DNA of 64,000 nt from Nymphaea colorata (Eukaryota). Location: assembly GCF_008831285.2 (NCBI RefSeq), contig NC_045138.2, forward strand, positions 43,586,001-43,650,000, written 5' to 3'. Positions 11,607-24,500 of the stretch are shown in pieces; within the stretch, counting starts at the first letter, position 1; each line of letters starts with the position of its first letter. The notes below the pieces were generated by a model. It was not told the origin of the DNA. It saw nothing but the letters and a program-made list of their open reading frames with translations, and searched no databases. A program made the translations under genes and the position numbers.

Positions 11607-14600
11607 GTGAGTTCTTGAATGCCTCCATTTGGTTATCCCTGTTTGCCACTTACCACTTTTATCACTTCTAGAAAAATCGAGTCTCATGCATTGCAGAAAC
11701 AACAGACGACTAGAGTTTGATCAACCATAGCTTAGTGCCCAGTTATTTTCTGTCATGATAGATGAAAGGCCTGTCACTGGTTCAAAAAGAGGTTTAGGAT
11801 TTTCACTTTGTTTATCCAACTATATATGACGATTATGAACGAGACAAGTACAATCGAGGAACCATCAATTAACGCATTTAGAGAGAAAGGAATCTATGTT
11901 ACAGGTAAAAGTGATTGGTTTGGAATTGCAGAATTTCAGAATGAGAACAATTGCCCATGAATGAGCTGAGAGATCTTCGATCTTAAGATCTTGTCGTGTA
12001 TGACATTGTGGAAAGATGGTGACGTGAAAATTTTCACACCAATTATCATTCTTCTTTTGCAGCCATAATAGAATCTAAGGACAAAATTCAAACCCAAATA
12101 TCTTCTCATGCTTATCAGTCCAAAGGCATAGATTGAGCCGATGTACAAAGAAACAACAGCATTACATAGATGTCAAATATGGGAGGTTGTCAAAAGACCA
12201 CAAAGCAAAAATGTGGTTGGAGCAAAATGGGTTTATAAAACAAAATATAATCCTGATGGCAGTATTAAAAGGTATAAGGCTAAACTACTGTCTAAATTGA
12301 TTTCTTAAGAAAATATGTTAGGCTATAATTAAATCTCTAGTCTTGTCATAGAGATGGGAGTAGTCCATTTTATTTTATACTTGGCTGTGGATTATAGATG
12401 GACAATTGAATCATACTGATGTAAAAATGTGTTTTTTGCATAGAAACTTGCTTACTATGATCATGGAGGTCGTGATGTCCATGGCTCTAAAGGAATTTGA
12501 GTTGTTAGGTTTAAAATTTTTAGCATATTTAATTGGAACTTAAGTTGCTTATGCTCATTGAGGATATTTTTCATGTCAAACTAAATTTGCCTCTAGTGTT
12601 ATTAAAAGGTTATTTGTAATATATGAAAAAATTGTTGAAAAATTATTGGAATGAAAATGAGGATCAATGAAGGAGAAGCATTGGAAAATCCCAACCCTAT
12701 CAACACTAAATTGTAGCATTATCTCATCTTACAATTACTTGAATAGGCCTTGGTTATTCTATTCACATTGCAAGCCAATTTCAACATGCTTCAACTTCTG
12801 TTCATGGAGGGGGCAAAGAATATGCATTGGTCAATACATCAATAATCCAACTTCTAAGAGATTATTCTAATCTTCATCTGCTTAACTAGATTAATTGCTT
12901 ATGCAGATACAAAACTTAAATAATCGTCAGTCTGCTGCTGGTTTTTTTGTTGTTCTAGGATGATCATTTATTTTTTGGAGATTTAAGAAGCAACAAAAAA
13001 TCTCACATAGTCTTGTATATTCTTTTACCTTCTCTGTTTCTTGTTTTTTCAGTATCTTTTTCCTTGTTTTCCATTTCAACCAATTAGAGGCTGTTTCTGT
13101 ACTAGCTGTTGGCTAGCCCCAACAACTAGATTTATAGCAGTTGGAGCAAGCTCATCTGCAATCCCCTTCTCCTCCTCCTTGTTTGTATGGACAGGGGTTG
13201 ATCCCCTTTGTTGTAATCAAGGCTTGTGAACTCTGTTTGCTATGCTTGAATGAATTATTTCCCAGATTTGCTCTGAGTGATTTGTGAAACATTTGCTCTT
13301 TGAGTGTTGTGATTTGTATTCTAGGTTCTTGAAAACCTATGCTAAATGTAGATTCTTTATTAATTTCTATATGGAAAGAATGGTATCAGACCCATGGTTG
13401 GGGCTTGTGTTCAAAATAATCGTGTTTTTGTCTTATCTCATAGTCACAAATATCATTAATGCATTTTAAACGGTGAGATTTTTCTTGGGCATCTTTTGGC
13501 AAATTTAAAAATCTCAGGAAAGCTTTGCAATTTTTTTAGAAAAGAAAAAATCCTAAAAATTAGGAAAAAGTAAAATAAATGAAGTATTAACAAAAAATAT
13601 AAAAACTAACTAAATAACATGATATATTTTAATAATGACAAAAATGAAGATCAATAACTTAACTTAAGTTTTAAACTTTAAAAAAAAATAACATAAACAT
13701 AGTGTAAAACTAATATGATAAAAATGTGAAAAGGACATGAAAAATTCATTTTGGAGTTTTAAAAAATTCAAAAAATGCATGGGTTTTTTTGTTTTCATTG
13801 TTTTTAATTTTCAACATTTTTATCATGTCTTTATTGAAAAACACGTTTTCTGTGACTCATTCAAATCAGTGGCTGCCTTGGGAAACCTGCATGTGGACAG
13901 ACACTATCTTAGTATCTTTTGAAGGGAGATCTTGTTTATGCACCAGTGCTAGCTTTCTCCATTTCAAGAAGCATTTTTTGGTCTTAAAAGCAAAGTTGCT
14001 TCTTACGTGACAGCATATGGTGGTCTTGGGAAGCATCCTAAAATATTTGAGTTTGGAAGAAGGCTCTTTCTCATGCTTCAAAGAGCATATTTTTTTGGTC
14101 TAAGGCTCCTCTTAAAGGTTAGTAAAAGCCCATTGAGTAAACTAAAGATAAGGAATTTGGCTCCATCTGTTTTCCGAAACTTAAGGACCCCCCAATTATG
14201 TTAGATGGACATCTACCATGGAACATCGAACTGGTGGGAACGATTTATGGGGCGTTTACTGGTGGATCCTAAAATAAGCCTATCCTTGTGCTTATTGAAG
14301 AAATTAGTGAATGGGCAATCTAGTTGATCAATTAACATAGACTCTTCAAAGTAAGTTGCTGCACCAAGTTGACAGTGCGACTTGAGTATGGCAATGAACA
14401 ATTTGCTTTTTCTTTTTCCATTGAGTCATCAGTAGAGTCAATTGTTGATTTTAATGTTTGTGAACAACCTAAGCCATTATTTTTTTAGAAAAGTGCCACA
14501 TTTTGCACCCTAGTACTTACTTGACATAGTTGATCAATAATGAAAAAGATATTCATAGCCTATCATGAAAAAACATGGAAGGCTTGGAGAACTGGTTGCC

Positions 14601-15043
14601 ATGTTATGTAGCCAAAAGTGTACCTAGGCATTGGCAGCAGCCTAGACTACCTGTCGCCTCAAACAAAAGTGTTTTGTTTTTTAAAATTTTAACATGAAGA
14701 ATCGTTTTTTTGTTTTATCTTCCAATTTGTTGTTTTCAGTGGAGGAATTTTTAAACCAGCTTTTCTTCCGTCTTTTCTTCCTTATTTCTTTGTTTCTCCA
14801 TATGCTTTGTCAGATAGGACCAACTAGGCCCTGCCTAGGGCCCCTCCTAGGTGATGCCTAGATTTTTCGGCAGTCAGGTTCTTAATGCTGCCTAGGATTT
14901 GTAACTACATAGGTCACCATAAAGTCATGCCGTCGCATTAAATTATGTGTGTGTGCACACAATTATAGATATAATTACAATTCATATTTTATTATGGTAA
15001 ATATTTGTATGTTATTTTATATTTTTAATGCTGCTTTGCACAG

Positions 15044-15079
<36 letters not shown>

Positions 15080-15441
15080 ATATATGTATATATAGCAATG
15101 CTAACATGAAAGCTTGGATTATACTGAGGATCTGTGTTCGTCTTTGTTTTAGGAATTTAATGTTAAAAGCTAGGATTAGAGATATAACAGCCATGCTTTA
15201 GGAAATGGTAAGATCTTGTGTGATTAATAACATTGAAAAACATTGACATTTACTGGTAAGCTTCTTCTGTTGTCCTATATAGCTTATAAAATTTAATTGT
15301 CCCTCTTCATTAAATTTGATCTTTCAGACTTTTAATTATGTTTGTTATCATGTTATGAAATGTTTAATGTGGTTCTGTTCTTGTGCATTTTAATTGTTTT
15401 TTTATTGTTATAAGTCAATGGAAAATTGGAATCACTTCGGC

Positions 15442-15508
<67 letters not shown>

Positions 15509-18500
15509 TTGCTTACACAAAGACTCAACCAATCACATCTCTCAGCTCATCTCAACCATCGATCTGGGAAAGATCGGGTGGTTACATTTTATTCTTTTCT
15601 TTCCCCCATCAATGTGTTCTTTCTCTCCCCCCGAGAACACTCAAAGTTCTCTCCCCCTTCTCCTCACTCCCTGCCCCTTTCCCGTCTCACATAGCACCTA
15701 CAAATCCATTGCCAGACGGTAGCTGACAGAGAACCTCCGGCATCACCATCGCTCAGCTGACAGTAGAGTTCCTGGCTGGTCGCCACCATTTTCCCACAGC
15801 AATTTACTGCTGACCACCGCCCAATTTTCATTTTTCTGTCCATCATCTCAGTCGCCCACTGGCCGTTGGTAGTTTTAGGCTTTTGGCACAAAAAAGTTGA
15901 TCTTTCTCATTTTTTTTTCTAGTAAAACATGCCGGTTGAACACGAAAATGAAACCCAAAATGCCCTCAGTGCCGATTGTTAAAGAAATTCAGTTTTTTGT
16001 CAGAAATCCACCATATTTTGGCATGATTTGGTGCAAATCCAGCTTTTATTTTCAATTTTAGATATAGGAGAATGAGTTAGATCAGATTAATGAGTTGAAG
16101 TGATTAAAATACAGCAATATACCTCTTGAAAATTGACTTTTGAGCGGATTTGGGTTTGTGAGTTTCCACCGGCGGGTTTTTTTCAAAAACATATTTATTT
16201 CATTGAAAAGAATCGTTTTCTTCTCTTTATTTCAATTCAAATCCTCCTAAACCTTTCAAAACAAATCAAAGGCCAGCATGACTCGTTTTTAGCCATACTA
16301 TGCAACTGATTGGTTGAGGAGAAATCAGAGAAATGAATCCTCTTTCTGTTAGATGATAATATGGCGCGGACTGCAGTGATGGCACCAGTGGAAAAATGTG
16401 GCCGATGGCTGATGTCCCCTGCTGTGTGGTGCTGATGGTTTAGTCTTTGCTGCATAAGTGAAGGGCAACGGATTTGAGCAGAAGAGAGGGTGATGGGTTG
16501 AAGAAAAAGGAAGTAGAAATGAAAGAGGGAGAGAGAGGGTTTCAGTCAGGGTGAGAGAAACCTGAGCAAGGTGGGGAAAAAAGGTTAACGAAGCCATCAT
16601 TCATTCATGCTAAGATCAGACAGTCAAGATAGACCCAGTGCAAATAAAAAAATTTAAAGGGTCTAGCATTTATCTCTGACCTAATGGTCTGGGATCTACC
16701 AATTACTCTCTATATATACATGTATGTATGTATATAAATATGTATATATATAGGAACAACATACATATACATATATATATAATTTTTTAAGCAAAATATG
16801 AACATGCTAATGTATTGATTAGTACAAAACATTGTACATATACATATATATATATAATTTTTTAAGCAAAATATGAACATGCTAATGTGATTAGTACAAA
16901 ACATTGTTTGATTCAAGTCTTTTTTATGAAAAATGTGGACTTTTTGCTATCAAAATATTGATGTTATGGGAGATGTTCAGTTTTGCTTAGTATAAAAGCA
17001 CCATTAAACTCCAAAAAAGGATCAACTTAATAAATGTTTTCCATCAATCCATTCTTAAGTTCATACCTAGATTGCAAGAAAAGCACTTTAATTACCACAT
17101 TTAAGCCATATAGTTTTGGGGTGTGTGTGTGTGTACTGTTTCATGCTTAGGATCTAGGCTTTACTCACTGCCTAGGCTCTGCCTAATGCTTTTAACAATA
17201 TAGTTGTTCACTCACCTGGCCATGTCAATGTGGCATAAACTTCAGCTCATTCTTCTCTACATATGCCTTTGGGGGTTGATTTTAAGGTTGAAAGCTTAGC
17301 TTCTGAATCACTATAAAGTTGTACATATGTTCCTGCTGACAACATTGTGTTTATCATTCTGGTGTTTTGTGGTAGTTAAAATTGGGCTGTAAAGAAAAGG
17401 TTCGATTTATCTGCATTCTTCTACACAGATACACACTCACACATGCACACACAAGGGGAGAGAGAGAGAGAGAGAGAGTGGTGAAATGCACTAGGACACC
17501 TCTGTGGATTGTGGAATTGTTACAAGAGTTTTTACTTTTTGTGAGAGTTCATGAAGTGATAGTTGATTTGACCATATGCTTTTCAGGAATCTATAAAAGT
17601 AATGGATATCTTAAAGTGTCCTGCAATGGTGGACTCAATCAAATGCGTGCTGCGGTTGGTGGATCCACACTTGTTTCATACCTAATTCTGCTCCAAGTCT
17701 TCATATGTTTATTATATTTAACAAACATTGATGACTTCTTGATGCAGATTTGTGATATGGTCACTGTTGCCCGTTATTTAAACTTGACTCTGCTTATCCC
17801 AGAGCTTGACAAGGGCTCATTTTGGGCAGATCCTAGGTATATTTGTCCACTTCGACAAGTTTGTGTTCCATTAATAGCAAGAAATTTATATTTTCCATAT
17901 TTAATTACTACCTGTGTCTGTGCCATTTGCAGCTCCTTTGATGATATTTTTGATGTGAATTATTTCATCCATGCATTGAGGAATGAAGTTCGTATCATAA
18001 GAAAGCTTCCAAATAAACTCAGAGGAAATGCTAATTTTCATGTTATGCGGCCAGTAAGCTGGTCAAATTTGACATACTACATGCAACAGGTTAGATTTAA
18101 GACATCCTTTTGTCTATCTGCAAAGAATATCTGCTTGTCAATGCTGATTGTAAGTTTTTGATATCTAATATCAAACCACCAAATGAAGTTAGATGCAAGA
18201 GGAAGAAGAGAGAAGTGGACTCCAAGCAAGAGAGAGATGAAAGAGAGCAGCAACAAATGACGTCTGCCTCTTGTTATCATTATATACTAATCACGATTTA
18301 GGGTACATCATAAAATACACAAAATAACATTAAGATTTACAAGTATGTCACCGCCCATGATGTGTTGGGCATGTGGATCAAATGGGTCGGGTCTGGGTGA
18401 CCTGATCCACATTGTACAAACTTAACAACCCCCCTCAAGTTGTGCATGGGGTTTGATCATATGCACAATGTTGCGAGAGAGAGAGAGAGGCGGCAGAAAG

Positions 18501-21500
18501 CTAAAGTTCATTACGTGACCCTAATCTCTATTAAGAGATTAGGGTTAGGGAAAATTACAAGAGAAGTCCACTAAAAATAACAAAACATTTAAAGAGATCC
18601 TCCCTAACTTCCTAATATTTCAGAAAACCCTTTTTTGTATCTTTAACACTTCCCCTCAAGCTGGAGCATATATATCAATCATGCTCAGCTTGTTACAACA
18701 TCTCAGGAAATCGCCTATGGGAAGAGCTTTAGTGAGAATATCTGCTGCCTGATCTTCTGAGGAGACATGAATAGTGCTAACAATTCCTCCTTGAACTAAG
18801 TCCCGAATATAGTGGCAATCCACTTCAATGTGTTTAGTCCTTTCATGGAAGACATGATTGTTAGCGATATATTTTGCTGCCTTGTTGTCACAATACATCT
18901 TCATTGGGAGATTCACTGAGACACCCAACTCTACAAGTAGTGATCTAACCCACGACATTTCAGCTGCAGTTTGAGCCATAGCCCTATATTCCGACTCAGC
19001 ACTAGAACGAGCCACAACATTCTGCTTCTTGCTCCTCCAGAAAATAAGATTACCACCCACAAAGACACAAAAACCGGTAGTAGACTTCCTGTCATCTACA
19101 GATCCAGCATAATCAGCATCACTATACGCCTCGATGTCAACACATTCTCCTTTCTTGAACCATAGCCCCTTTCCCGGGGCTGATTTCAAGTATCTTACAA
19201 TCATTAGAGCTGCATCCCAGTGAACTTTTCGGGGTTTTTCCATGAATTGGCTCAACTTATTCACAGCAAAGCTAATGTCGGGACGAGTGACAGTCAAATA
19301 TAACAGTTTCCCTATCAGAGATCTGTAAGATCTAGAGTCAAACGGCTCTGAATCATCATCATGTATATGAATGCGAGGATTCATGGGAAGTGTGGCAGGT
19401 TTAGCCCCCAATAGTCCCGTTTCCTGTAGAAGATCAAGAACATATTTCCTTTGAGACACTACAACTCCTTTATTACTATGAGCCACCTCAATACCAAGAA
19501 AATAACGAAGTTGTCCAAGGTCTTTCGTAACAAAATGTTGCTGTAAAAACTCCTTTGTTTGAGCTATCTCTTGATCATTTTCCCCTGTAAGAACAATATC
19601 ATCCACGTAGACAATCAATATCACAAGTCCTGCTGAGCCTCGCTTGATAAACAATGAGTGATCAAGCTGGGATCGGCGAAATCCACACTTAGATAACACT
19701 TCAGTAAGCTTTTGGAACCATGCACGGGGACTCTGTTTGAGTCCATAAATAGCCTTCTTTAACTTGCATACCTTGGAACACTCCCCTTGCCGCTCAAAAC
19801 CAGGTGGTTGCTGCATATAAACGATTTCAGAAAGGTCTCCATACAGAAAGACATTTTTTACATCCAATTGAAAAAGAGGCCACTCTCGTTGGACAGCAAG
19901 AGAGATAATCAAGCGAATAGTACCCAACCGGGCCACAGGCGAAAAGGTCTCAAAGAAGTCAACACCATAAGTCTGAGTATACCCTTTTGCGACAAGACGG
20001 GCCTTGAACCTTTCAACTGACCCATCAGAATGATACTTGATGGTGAATACCCATCATGAGCCAACCACATCACAGCGTGTTGGGGGGTCTACCAAATCCC
20101 AAGTCTCCCGAGAAATAAGAGCATCCATTTCCTCCTGCATAGCTTGTCGCCAACGTGGATTTAACAGTGCGTGATGGTGCGAGGACGGGATAACATGACT
20201 AGATAGAGCTTGATCAAACTGTACTAAGCGTGTACTCAGATGAGCAGTAGAGACAGAATTAAATATAGGATGTAAGGTACACTGTCGCTTGCCCTTGCGA
20301 ATAGCAATAGGGAGATCTGCTGCAGAATAGTCATCACTTAAACCTGAGTCAGTCTTATCAGTAGAGCTTACCTCTTGAGACGATGCTGGTGGACGGTTGA
20401 GAGAGGGACCTAGACGACGAGTGTAAACCAACGGAGGCTCAAGAAAACGTTCATGTGACCTAGGTTGAGATGATGGAAATGACTCAAGTGACACTGGTGG
20501 AATAGGAAGAGGTATAGGTGCATGCATTTCAGATGAAGAGGGACTTGACAGAGGGAAATAAGGACGAGACTCAAAGAAGGTAACATCCGCACTGATAATG
20601 TCTTTCTTGGTCAAGGGATCAAAGCATTTGTATCCCTTTTGATTGACTGAATAGCCAATAAAGATACATTTGATGGCTTGGGCAGCAGGTTTGCTTTTGT
20701 TCGGGCCTAGGATATGTGCAAAGCAAGTGCATCCAAAAACTTTGGGAGGTAAATGAAATAATGAACGCCCTGGATATAGAATTTGAATTGGAATACGGTC
20801 TTGAATGGAGGAAGTGGGTAATCTATTAATGAGGTAACACGCAGTAAGAATAGCATCACCCCAAAAATAGGCAGACATGTGAGAATGTAACATGAGGGTA
20901 CGAGCTACGTTTAGGAGTTGCCGATGTTTGCGTTCGGCTACACCATTCTGTTGGGACGTATGTGGACAAGTATATTGAGGTCGAATTCCATGGTCGGCAT
21001 AAAACTGAAGTAGAATGGAAGACTTGAATTCAAGAGCATTATCAGTGCGAATATTTTTGACAATGAGTCCAAACTGAGTTTTTATTTCCTTGATAAATTT
21101 TTGAAGAATACATATGACTTCAGATCTTTCCCTTAACAAGAAAACCCAACTGACTCTAGTAAAATCATCAACTAGAACAAGATAATATCGAAAACATGAT
21201 CGAAAAGGAACCCGACTAGGACCCCATACATCCACATGAATGAGATCAAAAGGACTCTGACTCGACGGACTCTGACTCGAAGGAAAGCTGCTCCGTGTAT
21301 GCTTGCCCAACTGGCAGACATCACATAAGAAGGACTCTGATGCAGGAATATCTGGAAACATGCGACGAAGTTTTGGTACTGAAGGATGACCCAGTCTGAG
21401 ATGCCATTGGAAGGGAGAAGGCTTGGAAGGGACTGAAGATGCAGCAACATCAACTGGGATTGACAAAAAATAAAGGCCCTCACGCTCATGGCCGCCACCA

Positions 21501-24500
21501 ATCATCTTCCCAGTTGGTAAGTCCTGAAAAGGACAAGAGTCAGATTAAAAAATGACTTTACATTGTAAGGCGATAGCTAGCTGCTTCACAGATATCAAAT
21601 TAACAGGAAACTGAGGAGCATATAGCACATGTGTAATAGTGCGTAAATGTGGAAGGTAAATATCACTGCTACCCAAAACAGGGGACAACTTGCCATCAGC
21701 CAGCTTAACATGCTGTGGTGTAGAAAATCTGACAAATGATGAAAAATTTTGTGGTTGATTACAACAATGTCTAGAAGCGCCCGAGTCTATCATCCATGTC
21801 ATACTTGGATCAGCAGTAGGAGCACCAACAGAGAATGCTGAATCTACAACAGCAGCATTGGTAGATGTAGAGGCAGACCTCTGAGCAAGAACACGATCAT
21901 ATTCATCCTTACTTAGGTTAAGAGAATATGACATAGATATAGAAGGATCAATAGAAGACTCAACCATAGATATTGTTGCCTTTGAATGGGTTGCTTGGGA
22001 TGAAGAAGGACCTCTGCTTGTGGTGATTCTACCTCCACCACGTCCAGAGGAAACATTAGACCTGAGGTGAGGATGTTTGTCCCAACAACGATCCTCTAGA
22101 TGACCAATTTTTCCACAATAAGAGCACTGAAATCTGCCACGTCTAGCACCACGGCCTGTACCACGTCCCCTAGTGCCTCCAAAAGAATTAGGGCCCCATC
22201 CTCCTGATATCACAAGTGCAGAGACTGGTGTGTCATGCGTAGTCTGAGAAATAGTGGCTGCAAAACGACTCAGCCTATTATACGTGTCTGCTAAATCTGG
22301 AAGTTCACTGCTTGTTAGAATTTGAGACTTTGCCACAGAGTATTCTGAAGATAGGCCAGATAAAAACTTCGCCACCATACCAGTCTCAACGTGTGATGCA
22401 TAACAATGCTGGCAAGGTGGACGAAGAGCCTTTAACCGTTCATATGCAGCAGTCAAAGTAGCAAAATATTGAGATAGGTCCTGATCCCCTTGTCGAATGT
22501 TGCATAACTCCTCTTCTAGTTGTAGGATTTTGATTACATTAGTGGCATGCGATTATGTCTTTCTCAAGAAAGACCACATATCCTTGGCCTTGGTATAATA
22601 TGCAATAGTTGGGGCTATATGAGACTCCACACTATTCATAATCCAAGACATAACAATATAATTATCTTCATCCCACGCAGCATATATTCCTTTTTTCTCA
22701 ATAGGTTCATCCTCCTCAAGAATATATTTCTTCCTATGACCAGCCACCGACATTATGAATACCCTAGACCATATTTCATAATTTGAGCCATTAAGTTTCA
22801 TCGTGGTTCCATAAGAGAATGAATTCCCAGCCATCTTGTAGTCAGTAGACCCTTCAGATTTACTGTTTTCAGCCATAGTAAATAAAGAAGACCAGATTGA
22901 TGCAAACGTTTAAAGAAAGAGGGCTAGGAAATTACTGTCACTTCAGATCTGGTTCAGCCGATGACAAAAACAAGAATGAACTCCCAACGACTGAAGACTG
23001 CTGCTCCCAACGACTGAAGACTGCTGCCACTTATAACAGCAGCTAGTTCTCATAAAACTTCCTGTCCACGTGTCAAAGAAGTCCACGAAATCAAACAAAA
23101 ACTTGTACTAAGGATCAGCAACAGTCCTCACGCAGCCTTACTTTACTGAATTTGTATCCACGATCTATAGAAAAATTCTGATCATATTCAAAAAACTGAA
23201 TTTATAAGCAGCATATAGACTCCACAAAGTATCCACAACAACTCACGCAGCCTGACTTTACCGAAATTGTATTTACGATCATCACAAACCACAGCGTCAC
23301 ACGTCACGCTGCATCCACAATAGTATGCTTCATACGACCAATATGAGGATCTGATCACGCCTTCCACATAGGCGTGATCAGGTCCTCCTTCACACGGCAC
23401 GCCCAACCCCTATTCCCTCACTGTCTCCTTATTGGGTGATAAGAGGGAATAAGGAGTAGCGATGACAAGAGAGAGGACGAAAAAAAAAGTAACTCACTTG
23501 GTTGTTCGCTGGAAAGATTGTCGCCAGAGAAGATGGTCGCCGGAGAAGGTCATCGGAAAGCGCACCCTGCCGTCGACGCCCACACCCGCTCTGATACCAT
23601 GTTGCGAGAGAGAGAGAGAGGCGGCAAAAAGCTAAAGTTCATTACGTGACCCTAATCTCTATTAAGAGATTAGGGTCAGGGAAAATTACAAGAGAAGTCC
23701 ACTAAAAATAACAAAACATTTAAAGAGATCCTCCCTAACTTCCTAATATTTCAGAAAACCCTTTTTTGTATCTTTAACACACAACTTGTTCTTCAATTCC
23801 CAGAAATGGTGCCTTGTGAGTCCCTTGGTAAAAAGATCAGCCACTTGTTCAGACGTGGATATATAAGTGGAAACAATCTCGTCTTCTGCAACCTTTTGAC
23901 GAATGAAGTGTTGATCAATCTCTATATGCTTAGTGCGATTATGTAGAACAGGATTGAAGGCAATCTTGATCGCGCTTTGGTTGTGACAAAATCGAAATGA
24001 CTGAGCAATGGGAAGAGAGAGTTCCCCAAGTAGATGACGTAACCATGAGGCTTCAGTTGTGCCTGCAGTCATTGCCGTATAATCTACCTCAGTGCTAGAT
24101 CTGGCAACTGCACGCTGATTCCTGCTACTCCAACAAATAAGATTGAAATCAAGGAAGAGACAATAACTGGAAACTGATCGTTTATCGTGTGGATCACCTG
24201 CCCAATTTGCATCAGTATAAGTGGAAATGTTGTGGCCATGCAAAACAGTTGACTGTCTTGTGTAGATGAGTCCATCCCCAAGAGTAGCCTTAAGATAACA
24301 CAAAATACGTTTGGTAGCATCCATATGCCCTTTTGTGGGTGCGTGCATAAACTGAGAGACTTGATTCACAACATATACTATGTCTGGGTGTGTAAAAGTG
24401 AGATATTGCAACATGCCAACTATACTCCGATAGAAACTAGGATTTGGGTAGGCATCACTCCCATTAGAGACATTTAATTTTGTGTTGAGAACACTAGGTG

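Noticed and set aside
15420..16700. Possible large MITE or foldback element in RRT intron 1
   Set aside because: Only short inverted similarities (aaagact.aacca) were seen; no convincing terminal repeats or TSD.
17382..18161. 259-aa ORF as a single-exon protein
   Set aside because: It reads through introns 2 and 3 of the RRT-like gene, which are 93 and 96 bp and stop-free in frame. The conserved motifs join correctly only after splicing, although intron-retention isoforms would stay in frame.
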